Counted from the stretch's first letter, positions 32,691 through 44,424 are shown. The stretch: DNA of 64,000 nucleotides from Paramoeba atlantica (GCA_977017575.1 CDRNVI010000060.1:310001-374000); one strand, 5' to 3'. Notes: a model not told the origin generated them from the sequence alone. Translations and numbers: made by a program.

Positions 32691-33390
32691 AATCAAGAAA
32701 CAGCACCAGGCATTGTACAAAACCCAGGAAAAGCAGTAATCGCTATCTTGTACGACTCAATCCTGTTAGTGGCGAGGGCGCGCGTGAGCGGACCTGAGCC
32801 ATACGCGGCGTTGTTAGTGGGAAACAATTTTCGAATTGTAAAATTTTTCGAAGCCCCATGAACAGGCACTAAAACATCTGCTTTCTGTCGGTTGGAAAAC
32901 AAATTCCAGAAAAAAAGTGACTGAGGGAAAAGTGGAAAACTAAAGCGCGGGCGGGGTGGAAATACCTTGAACGTGAAAAAAAGTATCTGAAAAAAGTGTC
33001 GAAAAGCGGAAAAATATCAGGAAAAACATTTTTTGTGAAGCAGGGCGAATGCAGTAAGCCAAAAGTGGTGAAGAAAAGGGATAGGAAAGGTACAAAAAGT
33101 CGTGTTCTAAATGAATCATAACAAATAAATGAAAATAATTATGGAAATAATTTATCAAAATTTTACAAATCAATATTTTTTTGGCGCTTTTTAGGTATAC
33201 TTTTTAGTTATTATGGAGAAACGCGTTCACTATATTGTAGATCACTTGCAACACCTTTTTTACGTAGATGTGTCGCAGAAAAGTAATAACACCAAATTTA
33301 CGACTCCTCTGTGGTACTATCCGAGTAGTCACTATACAAACTTGATAATGAGGTTATAGTTTCACTGGAACTGTAGTCCCCCGAATTAGA

Positions 33391-34143
33391 CTATCCTTGA
33401 GGTAAATACATCACGTACGACGGCAATTTCACATCTGGAGCATAGGAAGAAAAATTGTTGCGTCGCAAATCTAGATGCACAATCACGTCTCGATTAGTCG
33501 GTTTCAATAAAGTCTTCAAATCCACGACCCCTTCAAGACGGTTGCGGTGGAGGCCCAAATATTGGATAGTCTCCGGAAGTTTGTCTAATTTTATAGTCCC
33601 TGTAAATAAATTGCGATCAAGAAACAGCTGGAGTAGCATCGGCGGAAGGGCAGTTAGGTTTATCTCACCAGAAAATCGATTACTCTGGACCATCATTTCT
33701 GTAAGAGTTCGAGGCAGGTTCGTAAGATCAAGTGCACCAGACAAAACGTTAGTCTCGGCGATGAAATAATCTAACTGTTCGGGGTACTGTATTTCAGTTA
33801 CTGCACCCTCGAGGCGCGGGTGTCCTACTACGGCTATATGAAGCAGGGTTTTAGGTAAATTATCCCAAGAGAGATGCCCACGTAATCTAAGTGTGCGAAA
33901 ACTGTGATACCATGATATTCCGATAATAGTTTGTGTAGAATCACACACCACTCCTAACCAGGTACATACGGAAACTTTTTTTACTTTCCCGAACCATCCT
34001 TTTTTTGAAGTTTTCCACGATTTTGGCTTCTCAAGAATGGGTGACACAAACCGTTCCATCATGTCTTCTTGAGGAAGCAAATAAGAAGAGACTTTACCAC
34101 GCCTCAAGTCAGAGCCGTCGTCAGCGTTGTAAACAGTAAACAT
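33391..34143 (-). CDS. Leucine-rich repeat protein (250 aa)
   Basis: PQEDMMERFV, VCTWLGVVCD cap, NxLSGxxDLTxLPxxL repeats. Confidence 0.9.
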   Translation of the reverse strand: MFTVYNADDGSDLRRGKVSSYLLPQEDMMERFVSPILEKPKSWKTSKKGWFGKVKKVSVCTWLGVVCDSTQTIIGISWYHSFRTLRLRGHLSWDNLPKTLLHIAVVGHPRLEGAVTEIQYPEQLDYFIAETNVLSGALDLTNLPRTLTEMMVQSNRFSGEINLTALPPMLLQLFLDRNLFTGTIKLDKLPETIQYLGLHRNRLEGVVDLKTLLKPTNRDVIVHLDLRRNNFSSYAPDVKLPSYVMYLPQG

Positions 34144-35989
34144 TAAACAGAATTTTTTAAACTGTTTTCTTTTCCTTTAAACTGTGTTTTTTAAGCGGGA
34201 GTATGATTATTGTACAAAATTAGAGCTTCGTCACGTACGAAATGCATAAAAACCAAAAGTCTTGGGAAATTTTGAACTAACTCTCACAAGAATACTATCT
34301 GTTTTTACTTACCACCTCTTTTTATCCTTTCTAAAAGTTTGTTGCAAGGATTTGAAATGGGATTAGTTCTACTGAAGGGGTATGCTGAAGACACTCCCTC
34401 CATAAAGTGCCCAAAAAAAGTCTGAAAAATATATTTGGTTTCTACCTCAAACGATTTACATAATAGCTATTTTTTGACGACAAGAAAAGTCGTTTTTTTG
34501 CACGAGTGTTTGCAAACTGCGCACGAGCGGCCGAAGGCCACGAGTGTTTTCTGAGTCGAAAACATGGCTTTCCTTATATTTTATCCGCTTTGAGACATTT
34601 TTGCTAAGATTTTCTACAGTTTTACATGGGAAAAAGAATGCCCAGTAAAGAGGGGAACAACACGCGGCGTTGTTAGTGGGAAAACATCCGCCTTTTGCCT
34701 GATGAAAACTAATTTCTGGAAAACAAAAGTGCGTGTGGAGGGAAAAGTAGAAGACAAAAGTGTAGGCGGAGGGAAAAGTAACCTGAGCGTGAAGAAAATT
34801 TTCTGATAAAAGCGTCGAAAAGCGGAAGAATATCAGATTATATCAAATGTTTTATGTAAAGTTTTATGTATACGAACCCATGGTCAAAATAAGGCGCCCT
34901 CCTCTAAAATCTCAATGCTTCGTTTTTTAGGCTAATTTTGTTGCATTTTATAGATCTCAACACATTTTTTTGGATTTTTTAGATCTCAATATAGAGAATT
35001 TCCGGGTTAAGAAGCGTAGCCCCCTCTTAAAACGCTTCTCAAAAATTTACACTCTTTAACAGCAAAAATGTTCTCCCCTCTGAGAAATTCAACTTTGTTT
35101 CCTCTCATTTTTGTTGCAAACGAGAGATCTCGTTTCACTAGCGAAGATTATTGATACATTCATCTCATAGTGACCCCTGGTGCCTCCCGATAGCAGGAAT
35201 CGGTTAGAGCTTTGGGTTAGAGATCGGTCGTGAAAGTTAGCGTTCAATCCGTCTTTATGGAACAAGTCTTATATACGCCAACATCTTTAAAAGATGATCT
35301 TTTATCACCCACTTGATGGTAATAGTGAAGAACATAGCAGAAAATCTGTCAAGAAAGCTCACAGGGCAACAGGTCGCTCCATTTGAATTCTTTTACTTTA
35401 ACTATCGTACAATCCATTATTGCAACGGATCGCTCCTATAGTTTATGGAATTCATCGGGAAGCATGTGCAATTTTCTATGTAGGGGGTTCTAAAGTAGGG
35501 ACCCCATCCCGGGGTTTTGAAAAACGTTCGGGGACCACTTTCCGCGTTAATCAACTCACCAGAGGTTATTGCTCCGTTTTGGCGTTGCATACTACTGTAA
35601 AGTCTACGTATTCCTTTCTTTAATTTCGTAATATTCTAGCGCCGAAGGGAAGGTAGTCATTGCATAAAAAAGGATTACGTACATATTTGTCGTATGGGAA
35701 GGATTAAAAATGGAAAGGTTAAATGATGGTGGGATTAAGCTTATCTTTGTCAAATTAGTAACATGCTGATTAACAGGTCCAAAAACAAATCTATCTAGCG
35801 CATACCGAGCGACCAATTGAGAACGTAGTCCTTTCCCTGCTAAATTGCAGTTAAATTGTAAAGTACATTTTATCCTTCCACAATTCACACAAACCCTTTT
35901 CACCTACCAGCAACCGTTTCATTTGTGAAGTGAGCTTGCTTAATTTTACTTCATTTGACTCTCGGGGAACATGAACTCTCAGTGAAGTG

Positions 35990-38900
35990 CTACTCATCCC
36001 CCTGTGCTTGTTGTGCATACGTCGTGGAGTGCTTTTCCACCACAAATCCCGGCACGGCGGCCAGAAACGACGGAACCGCCGCAGAACCCCGTTGTGCGGC
36101 CGTTCCCAGAGGAGAGGTTTCCCCCCTTGACCCCATGACCTCAGGACTCCCCCCCTCTCCCCCACGATTCGGGGAAGAAGAAGAAGAGCCCCCGGGGAGG
36201 GCCAACTCCTGTGCATCTCGTGGTCCCCACTCCTTCAACTCAATCACAAAGTCACGGAGCAGCGCCGTGAGTGCGGGGAGGTTCGTCCCATGCGACCCAC
36301 ACAGCGCGGTGACAAACCGATCGACTTGGGTAAACGTTAGATTGGGAAACGCCGTGGAGAGCGTTGTGGTCAGATACTGCTGGATGTAACCCAACGAGCT
36401 GGTCTCGGGGTCCTGATCCGCCGCGATCCGAGCCGCCCCGGGGGCGACCTGGAGAATCAGGGCGATGATTTTCACGTGCTGGGCGAAATCCCCTTTATGG
36501 AGGGTGTCGGTCATCGCGACCATCACCTCGGTGAGGATGGTGATCGCGTAGGCCACGTAGAAGGGTGCCGCCAGGGGACTCTGGGAGACACGGTAGAGAA
36601 ACTCCAGGAGCATCTCAGCCCCGGGCCCGGAGACGGCGCTGGTGGTGTGCTTCATCGACCACAGCACACCGTCCATAATCATCGGGGACTCCTGGGCGTA
36701 TCGTAGAAACGGATCAAAGCAGTTTTTGGTAAGCGCGCGCATGAGTTTGAAAACCTGAACGCGGTGGTCGGGGTAGTCCTGCATGTTCTCGGAGATCATC
36801 TGGAGTGTGGGCTCCACGGCGGAGGCACAAATCTCAGAAACATTGTCCCCGACGAAGATACGCAGGCGCTCGCAGATTGTGGTGAGCAAAGTCAGCAGCT
36901 GTGCGTCCCGCAGTGCGGGGAGTGAGCTCTTGTACTCCGGAAGAATGGTGTCGAATACGAGTGGGAGAAGGTATCGCGCTACGGGCTCAGGCATCCGTGT
37001 GCTGCTGCAGAGCTCTGCAAACACTTTTAAGATTTCACGTCGCACGCCCCGGAGTAGCTTCATGGGATAGGTGTGGATCACATTGGCGTCGCGTAGTTTC
37101 AGTTGCTCGTTGATTACAGAAGTGATTTTGCCGTAAAGGTCCATTAGGTTCTCCCGCCGATTGTGTACGTGGTGGACGAAGGTATGTCCTAAGCCTTTAC
37201 CAGCACACACCTCACACCGTAGTAAGTAGATTAACTTCCGCAAGACATCGGGCTCCAGAATGTTCACCGTACCTTGTTGCAAGCTACTGACTAAAGAGTC
37301 CCAATCGGATACAATCACGCGGAAGAGCTCCGGTATGAAAGTCTGTTCCTGTACCGGCTCCGGGGCAGCTCCAACAATAACCCCAAGGGCTTCGAATAAC
37401 ACGTAAATATGAGAACTCTGAAGTACTGGGAGGACTTTGGGTAGTTTCGTTTGAATGAACTCAAGCACGTACGGAAAGTCGTTCTCCTGAGAACCTTCAC
37501 ACAAATTTGTACCGCACAGGCGTGCGAGTTTAAGAAACGTATCAACGGCCATGTCCTGCACTCCAGGAAATGTTTCTTCCATAAATTCGGTAAGCTTGTT
37601 CATTACTGTAGTAAGAAATCGATAGTGACTCCGCAGAAACCGGGGGTACTGTCCTACAACGTACATGATGTTGGAAGCAATCACAGCACGGTTTTCCTTC
37701 CCGCTGGTAACGTCGCACAGCTCAAGCAAAATTCGAATCACACGAATAAAGAAGGTACGCTCGTGTGCTTCCTCCATAGTGCCACTAATCGCGCCTACCG
37801 TCCAGCAGAGCTGATTGAGTTCCCTCCAGGTCCATTCCGTGTCGGAGGGTTGCTGGCCACCAAATTCCTCCTCTCCTGTCCCCTGCGGAGCTGACCGTTC
37901 AGGAACCACATTGTCATCGAGCCGCGCCAGAAAATGAATATGCTCGAGATTATCCAACAGCAAGGTTTCAATCTGCTTCAAATTCAAGTGCGCAAGCAGC
38001 ACCAACGTCTGTCGCATGGTGTTATACAAATCAATCGTCTCCACATCCGTGAGATACTCCTTCGTCAACTCCCCCTGCTCATCCTCCACAATAATCACCT
38101 CTTCCGGTTTCGCCATCGACCCCGTGAGCACGGGAAGCAACGCCGTAAACACCTCACGGTACAGCAGTGCCCGACCTTGATGACTTTTCTGTGCAAACGA
38201 GAACGTTCCCCATCCCGCTGTCCCTCCCTCCTCCCCACGCTGATGCGTATTCTGCGTCGCTGAATGCATCTCCGCGTACACGCGCTTACACAAGTGCAGC
38301 CAGTACTCCACACAGACCTTGAAATTCTCCTTATCCTCCAGTCGCGTTAGCGCGACCAAATACATGTGGCCGCCGAGGGTCTCCTCGGGGACCGCCTCGA
38401 GCCAGCCCGCGTGGTTCGTGAAAAGGCTAATCAGGAACAGCGAGAGGTTGTGGAGGAAGTCGCGTTGCTCCTCGGAGCCGCTCTCGTGGGCGTGGTGGAG
38501 CGTTTGCAGGAGTGAGGGCTCGGAGTCGGGGGGGTAGAGTGTGGCGACGTGACGCATGACCCCGCGGTAGAGCGTGAGAACCATTTGTTGCTGTTGGTGG
38601 TGGTGGTGGTGAGCGTCCGTGCTCGCAGAAAACGTGGAACCGGAAGAAGACGAAGATGAAGAAGCAGAGCTGCTGCTAATCTCGGTAAGACAACGAAGCG
38701 CGCTGTTTCGGGTGAGTCCGACAGGGAGGAAACGAGACCCGAGGAGGGAGACGAGTGGGGTAGAGGAGAGACTTTCGGGGGGTACCCAGGAAAGGTAGCG
38801 TTCGAGCATTTGTAGCGCGGAGGTGAGGACGCGAGGGTCCTCGCTGTTTTCCAGGGCGTCGAGTCCGGTGGTCATGATTTGAGCGTACTCTTGGAGTAGA

Positions 38901-39535
38901 GCTTGCTTTTTGCGTTCCGCCATGCGCTGCGTCATGGTGGCGTTTTCGTAGTTGAACACCTCTTCTGAGAGCAGCGATAGGATTTGGAAGTTGTTCTCGC
39001 AGAGCCCTGGGGTCCGGGCGGCCCCTTCCATGGAGGAGATAAGGTCTTGTGTAAACGACGACCAATGATCTGGCCATTCATGTTTTAGTATGTGAACAAG
39101 GACAACGTTTGCCTTGTTCAGCATTGTTTTTACCGATTTCTCAGCAGAAGAACTGTCTAAAGCACTTGAAATGCTCACAATAAAGTTCGAGACAAAGCTC
39201 CTTATAGCCTCGCGTTGATTAGCGGGAATTTGGTGCCATCGATGAACTACTACTTCATCTAGAAGCTGGAGAGCAAAAAACCGTGTGTACGGACAAGTAG
39301 AGTGCTCGAGGATGTGGTCTACATGGTGCCACACTTCCGGTTCAGCCTTGTACGTCGTCAAGAGCGATTGTGCTTGTCGTACTTCTTCGGTCATAGACTG
39401 TCTTCTTTGGTGTGATTCATTGAGTGCTGCTCCTGCAGGGGACGTCAGGAAACTCTGTCCTTTGTACACCACACCAACAACCCCTTCGAGAAGAGGGAGA
39501 TCTAATACTTGGGTGTTCTGCGTCAGTCGTTCCAT
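35990..39535 (-). CDS. XPO1: Exportin-1 (CRM1)
   Basis: Importin-beta N-terminal domain (TRFFALQLL), KLNQLCW-like ELNQLCWTVGAISG, ASNIMYVVGQYPRFL, GVQDMAVDTFLK, YPDHRVQVFKL. Confidence 0.96.
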   Translation of the reverse strand: MERLTQNTQVLDLPLLEGVVGVVYKGQSFLTSPAGAALNESHQRRQSMTEEVRQAQSLLTTYKAEPEVWHHVDHILEHSTCPYTRFFALQLLDEVVVHRWHQIPANQREAIRSFVSNFIVSISSALDSSSAEKSVKTMLNKANVVLVHILKHEWPDHWSSFTQDLISSMEGAARTPGLCENNFQILSLLSEEVFNYENATMTQRMAERKKQALLQEYAQIMTTGLDALENSEDPRVLTSALQMLERYLSWVPPESLSSTPLVSLLGSRFLPVGLTRNSALRCLTEISSSSASSSSSSSGSTFSASTDAHHHHHQQQQMVLTLYRGVMRHVATLYPPDSEPSLLQTLHHAHESGSEEQRDFLHNLSLFLISLFTNHAGWLEAVPEETLGGHMYLVALTRLEDKENFKVCVEYWLHLCKRVYAEMHSATQNTHQRGEEGGTAGWGTFSFAQKSHQGRALLYREVFTALLPVLTGSMAKPEEVIIVEDEQGELTKEYLTDVETIDLYNTMRQTLVLLAHLNLKQIETLLLDNLEHIHFLARLDDNVVPERSAPQGTGEEEFGGQQPSDTEWTWRELNQLCWTVGAISGTMEEAHERTFFIRVIRILLELCDVTSGKENRAVIASNIMYVVGQYPRFLRSHYRFLTTVMNKLTEFMEETFPGVQDMAVDTFLKLARLCGTNLCEGSQENDFPYVLEFIQTKLPKVLPVLQSSHIYVLFEALGVIVGAAPEPVQEQTFIPELFRVIVSDWDSLVSSLQQGTVNILEPDVLRKLIYLLRCEVCAGKGLGHTFVHHVHNRRENLMDLYGKITSVINEQLKLRDANVIHTYPMKLLRGVRREILKVFAELCSSTRMPEPVARYLLPLVFDTILPEYKSSLPALRDAQLLTLLTTICERLRIFVGDNVSEICASAVEPTLQMISENMQDYPDHRVQVFKLMRALTKNCFDPFLRYAQESPMIMDGVLWSMKHTTSAVSGPGAEMLLEFLYRVSQSPLAAPFYVAYAITILTEVMVAMTDTLHKGDFAQHVKIIALILQVAPGAARIAADQDPETSSLGYIQQYLTTTLSTAFPNLTFTQVDRFVTALCGSHGTNLPALTALLRDFVIELKEWGPRDAQELALPGGSSSSSPNRGGEGGSPEVMGSRGETSPLGTAAQRGSAAVPSFLAAVPGFVVEKHSTTYAQQAQGDE

Positions 39536-39792
39536 GCTTTAGACGTCACTTCTGGACTATAAAAAAAGGATATGGTTCCAGAAAAATTGGTAAAATATTT
39601 TTTTATTGATAAAGTCTAATAATACAATCTGGTATTTTTACTATAATACTGTACTCTACAACGAAGCGGAACGAAAAAGTACAAGGAGTGATGAAATGTC
39701 GTATATTTGGTTGATTCGTTTGGTTGGCTTCCTCTTGTTTACCTCACGTAACAGGGGTCTGGATACATTGGGGGGAGCGCTCAGACTGTATC

Positions 39793-40938
39793 CTACATTT
39801 GTTTGGGAAATTTGTCACATACTTTGCAACAAGACAGTACGACATCGTCTATCTGGGGCCGCATAGCCTTTTCTAGGGCTTCAGCGTACGGAACGGGAAC
39901 TTCGACGCAGCCCACTCGACGAATTGGTGCATCCAGATAGTCAAAACCCTTACCTTCACAAACTCGAGCAACAATTTCCGATCCTACAGAACAGGAGGGC
40001 CAGTTTTCCTCCACAACTACAAGTCGATGAGTCTTTCCTAACGAGCTTTCAATTAGAGAAACATCCAGAGGCCTTAACCAGCGCAAGTTAATCACTTCCG
40101 CATCGATGCCATACTCCTCCCGCAACGCAGCGGCAGCCTCGAGACATATCCCAACGCCTCGAGAAAAACTCACAAGAGTGACATCCGAGCCCTCCCTCTC
40201 CACCTTGCCCGAGATCGAGGGCAGATCATCCATATTTGAAAAAGCTTCGTCCCGCGTAAACCGTTGTCCATACATCAACTCGTTCTCCAAAAAGACCACT
40301 GGCTCGTTGTGGCGTACGGCGCCTTTTAGCATCGTATAGGCGTCGTGTGCACTGTATGGTGCCCCGACCCGTAGCCCAGGTATCGAGGCGTACAGCGCGC
40401 TGAGACAGTGGCTGTGTTGAGCACCGACACCGCTGGCAATACCATTCGGCCCACGAAACACAATCGGACACTGCAGCTGGCCTCCGCTCATGTAACGCCC
40501 TTTCGCGCAGGAGTTCACAATTTGGTCCAGTGCTTGGAAGGAAAAGCTCATGGACATGAATTCCACGATTGGCCGGAGTCCCGCCCAGGCAGCTCCAATT
40601 GCCATTCCGGTGAACCCCTGCTCGGATATCGGGGTGTCAAACACACGTGGGGGACCGCCAAAGTGGTCGAATAGGCCGGAAGTTACTTTGTACGCTCCAT
40701 TGTACTTACCGACCTCCTCGCCCAGGAGAAAAACTTTTCTGTCACGATCCATTTCCTCTCTCATGGCTTGGTTTAATGCTTCTCGAACTGTGATGAGCGC
40801 CTTAGATGGTTTGGAGTTCGCGGAGCTCGCTGATGCCGTTGCATACCATCTTTGTTTGTTTGGCGAAAACCGATTCCACAACGAAAGAGAACGTTTAGTG
40901 TGTTGGTACCCGAATGGTGCGAAATGAGTGCGAATCAT
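39793..40938 (-). CDS. PDHB: Pyruvate dehydrogenase E1 beta subunit, mitochondrial
   Basis: Presequence-like N-terminus; VREALNQA, GEEVGKYNGAYKVT, DTPISEQGFTG, PIVFRGPNG, GAQHS. Confidence 0.96.
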   Translation of the reverse strand: MIRTHFAPFGYQHTKRSLSLWNRFSPNKQRWYATASASSANSKPSKALITVREALNQAMREEMDRDRKVFLLGEEVGKYNGAYKVTSGLFDHFGGPPRVFDTPISEQGFTGMAIGAAWAGLRPIVEFMSMSFSFQALDQIVNSCAKGRYMSGGQLQCPIVFRGPNGIASGVGAQHSHCLSALYASIPGLRVGAPYSAHDAYTMLKGAVRHNEPVVFLENELMYGQRFTRDEAFSNMDDLPSISGKVEREGSDVTLVSFSRGVGICLEAAAALREEYGIDAEVINLRWLRPLDVSLIESSLGKTHRLVVVEENWPSCSVGSEIVARVCEGKGFDYLDAPIRRVGCVEVPVPYAEALEKAMRPQIDDVVLSCCKVCDKFPKQM

Positions 40939-41017
40939 ATTGTGCGTCTCCTCACAGTTTTGGCATCTGGTTTTTCAGAACATAAACATTTTGCCCAATC
41001 GTGCGTTTTACGTTTTT

Positions 41018-41667
41018 ACTTGTGAATTTGATTGGGCAGTATATTGTAATGTACAGTACTGTATTCGTGGCAAAGAGGACACTCCAAAATAAATGAGCAC
41101 AAAATTGCCATAACCAATGTGGAGTGACCAGATAGTGGTTTATTTATAAAATTATTTATAAATAAGACCTACTGTACTTACAATGAAGTGCTTACATGTG
41201 CAATGAATTTATTTTACTTCATGAAATTATTTCGTATAGCAAGTAAACATTGTCAGTTCCCCAAGCGTTCTCTTCAAAGAAATTACTCGGATATCCGCAT
41301 CTGCAAGGATTTTCATCATGATAAGATACATTGGGTACATTTTAACTTGTGTATTTGATGGGCGGTATATTGTAATGTACAGTACTGTATTCGTGGCAAA
41401 GAGGACATTCCAAAATAAATGAGCACAAAATTGCCATAACCAATGTGGAGTGACCAGATAGTGGTTTATTTATAAAATTATTTATAAATAAGACCTACTG
41501 TACTTACAATGAAGTGCTTACATGTGCAATGAATTTATTTTATTTCATGAAATTATTTCGTATAGCAAGTAGACATTGTCAGTTCCCCAAGCGTTCTCTT
41601 CAAAGAAATTACTCGGATATCCGCATCTGCAAGGATTTTCATCATGATAAGATACATTCGGTACATT
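41018..41667 (+). repeat. Tandem duplication of a ~327-bp unit
   Basis: 41018-41344 and 41345-41667 are nearly identical; each has the palindrome tacagtactgta and an AT-rich hairpin. Confidence 0.95.
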
Positions 41668-41829
41668 GGAAGTGGAGATATGTTAAAGTTATACGAAATT
41701 TCACAAAAGATCACTAAATGATCAAAACAAGACTATACTTACATGTGAAAATACATGTACGCATGAAAAAAGAGATTACTGTGGCAGAATCCCTACTCAA
41801 ACAATCCGTGGGGTCAAACCTTCCAACGG

Positions 41830-42130
41830 AGCAACGGTTTCGCAATCAGTGCGGTAACTACAGACAGGCATGTTTCCCCTAAAGAGGGAAAACAGGCAGA
41901 TAAATAATATTTTCATGATCTCGCAAAGTTCGGTCATATTCGCCCTGAGCTGGTTTTCAATAACTTTTTCACCATGGACGAGTTTTTCTGCAAGATGGAC
42001 AACGAAAAGATGGACAACGAAAACCGTGACTGGGTGTTGAGACGTTCTGTGAAGGGAACTTACAGGACCTCGCATTGGTTTTACTTGCACAGTTCTTGTA
42101 TCTGCTGATGGCTCTTTTCATCACGTTCAT
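41830..42130 (-). pseudogene. Possible Merlin transposase N-terminal zinc-ribbon remnant
   Basis: CKFPSQNVSTPSHGFRCPSFRCPSCRKTR...EIMKILFICL fits the Merlin N-terminal pattern by eye. Confidence 0.35.
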
Positions 42131-42492
42131 TTTCTTTGGAAGCGGGTAACAAGCGTAGTGCGCCAAAAGCCTTGAACGAAGAGATGCTAGACGAACGGTT
42201 AAGTCAAGACCATACATGTATACTAGGAACTGGTTTTCAAGAAGCTGAAATAAATGCCTCGTCACGATAATTGACCATGGCCTAATTTTTGGTATATGAG
42301 GTCGTTTCAACTAATTATTGTAGCATCTTGCAGATCTCAATCCCTAATTTCTTGGGGTCACACCACTTTGACGCAATGCTCAACAACTGCACCTGGGGGT
42401 GCACTTACCAGTTTTCCACCTTTTCAGCAGTTTCCTGAATACAGGCTTGGTACAAGCCTTCAGTCACGTTTTGACACTAGTAACTAATGCTA

Positions 42493-42598
42493 AACCACCG
42501 TACGGGTTATTATACCTAGGGACACCGATTGTACCTCTAAGGTTTAATAGAAGCGTAAGAGTCCCTAGGGTCCTCATTATACCTCCCCCCTACCGCTG
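42493..42598 (+). mobile_element. Solo left end of the 6916 TA|AACC element
   Basis: ta|aaccaccgtacgggttattatacctagggacacc...tccctagggtcc...attatacctcccccctaccgc matches 6914-7012. Confidence 0.85.
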
Positions 42599-42729
42599 AG
42601 CAACTTTACAGAGTCCAACGGGTGTCGTTACTGGATCTCTGATGTCCAAGCACGTGTTGATGAAAGCAACGCTGCTAGACTTCGTCATGAGTACTCGGTA
42701 AACCATTATCAACCCTGGTTACAACAGGG

Positions 42730-43870
42730 GCACAGAAAGATCGGTGAAATTAAAGCAAATTTAGCCTTTTTTGTTTCCAATTTCTGTAAACACAAAATTG
42801 CCTTGTTAATCACATTTTTATGAGATATCTTGCTTTCCTTAAGTATTTTTGGTATTTTCTAATGCCCTGTGGGGCGTGCTCGGTTTTCCTGTCAAAAAGG
42901 GCTCACTTTGTGTAAGGTTTCTCTATGGACCGAGGAGGATTGTGTGCAGTGGCTGGAAAGTTACAGGAAAATCCACAAAACACCTCAGAGCATGAAGCAA
43001 TATTAATACAAAGTGGTGGTGCAGTAAGAAGTGCAACGGAAGGTACGTCGCACTAGGCCCACTGGTACCAGGTAGAGCCCACAGAAGTGCGAAGCAAATA
43101 ATAAAATATCTCATACAGTATGTTCAGGATGGACGCCATAAGGATCTCTTATGGCTACAGCTCGTGTTCGCCGACGCGCCAGGACAGTTCTTTCATTTCA
43201 ACAATGTAATGTGATAAGACGTTCTTTTCCATACAAAAACGACACCGCGGACGACATGGTGCAATACGTGTGCGTAAGGGCGGGACGGAGGTCGCTCAGA
43301 CAATAGCTGCTACCATAAGGTCAAATAAGTTATTCCAAATTTTCATGGAAATGTTTCCCGATCGGACTTTCAGCACAATGGTCCCAAACATTTCGGAACT
43401 TGCTTCCGGTGGGCGTACGAGGACCGACAGGGGCACGGCACAACATTCAACTGGGGAACGATTACCAGTGGTAAAGTGTAAATCACCGTCGACAGTGGGT
43501 GACACAGGAAGGTGTGCACACCAACACCATTGAGTATGCTAACTCAATGGCAAAGGAGCGATTGAAGTGTGAAGGGAGCGTTTTGGAAAGGAAATCAGGT
43601 AGAAGAGCAGACGGAGTGCAAGCAATCGCCGAGAAGTGGAACGGGAGCCTCCTCAAGAAAGGAGGAAAAGTGATGCTGCGTGTTCTGCAGAATTTGCAAG
43701 AACACTGCATTTGTATTCATTTGTAGATCAAGTATGTTAAGGGAGCAGTAGTTATTAAAGGGGCAGTAAGGATTAAAGGGGAGATTTTCGGAAAGAAAAA
43801 TGATTTTCTTTTGAAATTTCAGAAAAAGGCTAAATTTTGTTGGTTGAATTTAACCGAAAGATCGCATCAA
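42730..43870 (+). mobile_element. Degenerate Merlin/IS1595-family DNA transposon
   Basis: Across frames: KWWCSKKC, CDKTFFSIQKRHRGR, FPDRTFSTMVPNI, RTDRG, VNHRRQWVTQEGVHTNTIE. A 15-bp inverted core aaatttagccttttt lies at 42757-42771 and 43823-43837. Confidence 0.78.
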
Positions 43871-44424
43871 ACGCAGGCGCAGAACTTATGTTGCGTTGGA
43901 TGGGCCACGCACACTAAGAAATCCTATATAAAATTGACATTGTCAAGAGATTTGACCAGTTGGGGTATAGCAACCACGAAAACATTCGTGGGGCTGTCGG
44001 TGAGGACCAAGACGAGATCACGCGACATCACGTGAGATCATGCGAGAACTCTCTGTTAGAGCAATTTCGCCCAAAAGGGCTAAGAAAAAAATACTTAATT
44101 TTTCGTTGATTTCTTTTCTTGGTTTTTTTGGACCAGACCAGACGTTTTTTTGATCAGACATGCCCCCTACCTCTAATGGTAAGACCCCCGAAAAACGTCT
44201 GAAATATGGGGGGAATCGGGTGTTTGGGTTACTGTGACCCCCCCCTTTATTATGGACACTTTTTCAGTTTTTGTCCATAATAAAGGGTAGGGGGGTGATG
44301 AAAAGGGTGCGATTTTTTATTTATTTAATGTCGGTGTGGTAGGTGCATCGTAAAAAAGCGGTAGTTGTTGGTAAACCGGCTTCGCAAATAGATTCCCACT
44401 AACGACGCCGCGTATGGCTGAAAA

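Larger units (their letters stand above)
31930..34835 (+). repeat. Three direct copies of a ~180-250-bp repeat (31930-32163, 32772-33026, 34661-34835)
   Basis: Shared acgcggcgttgttagtgg...gtcgaaaagcggaa(a/g)aatatcag. The core also occurs inverted at about 44393-44415 and 54755-54775. Confidence 0.85.

Noticed and set aside
31930-33026. LTR/TRIM-like arrangement (two ~240-bp direct repeats around an RT fragment)
   Set aside because: No TG...CA ends, PBS, PPT or TSD; the repeat also occurs alone elsewhere and the two copies are diverged.
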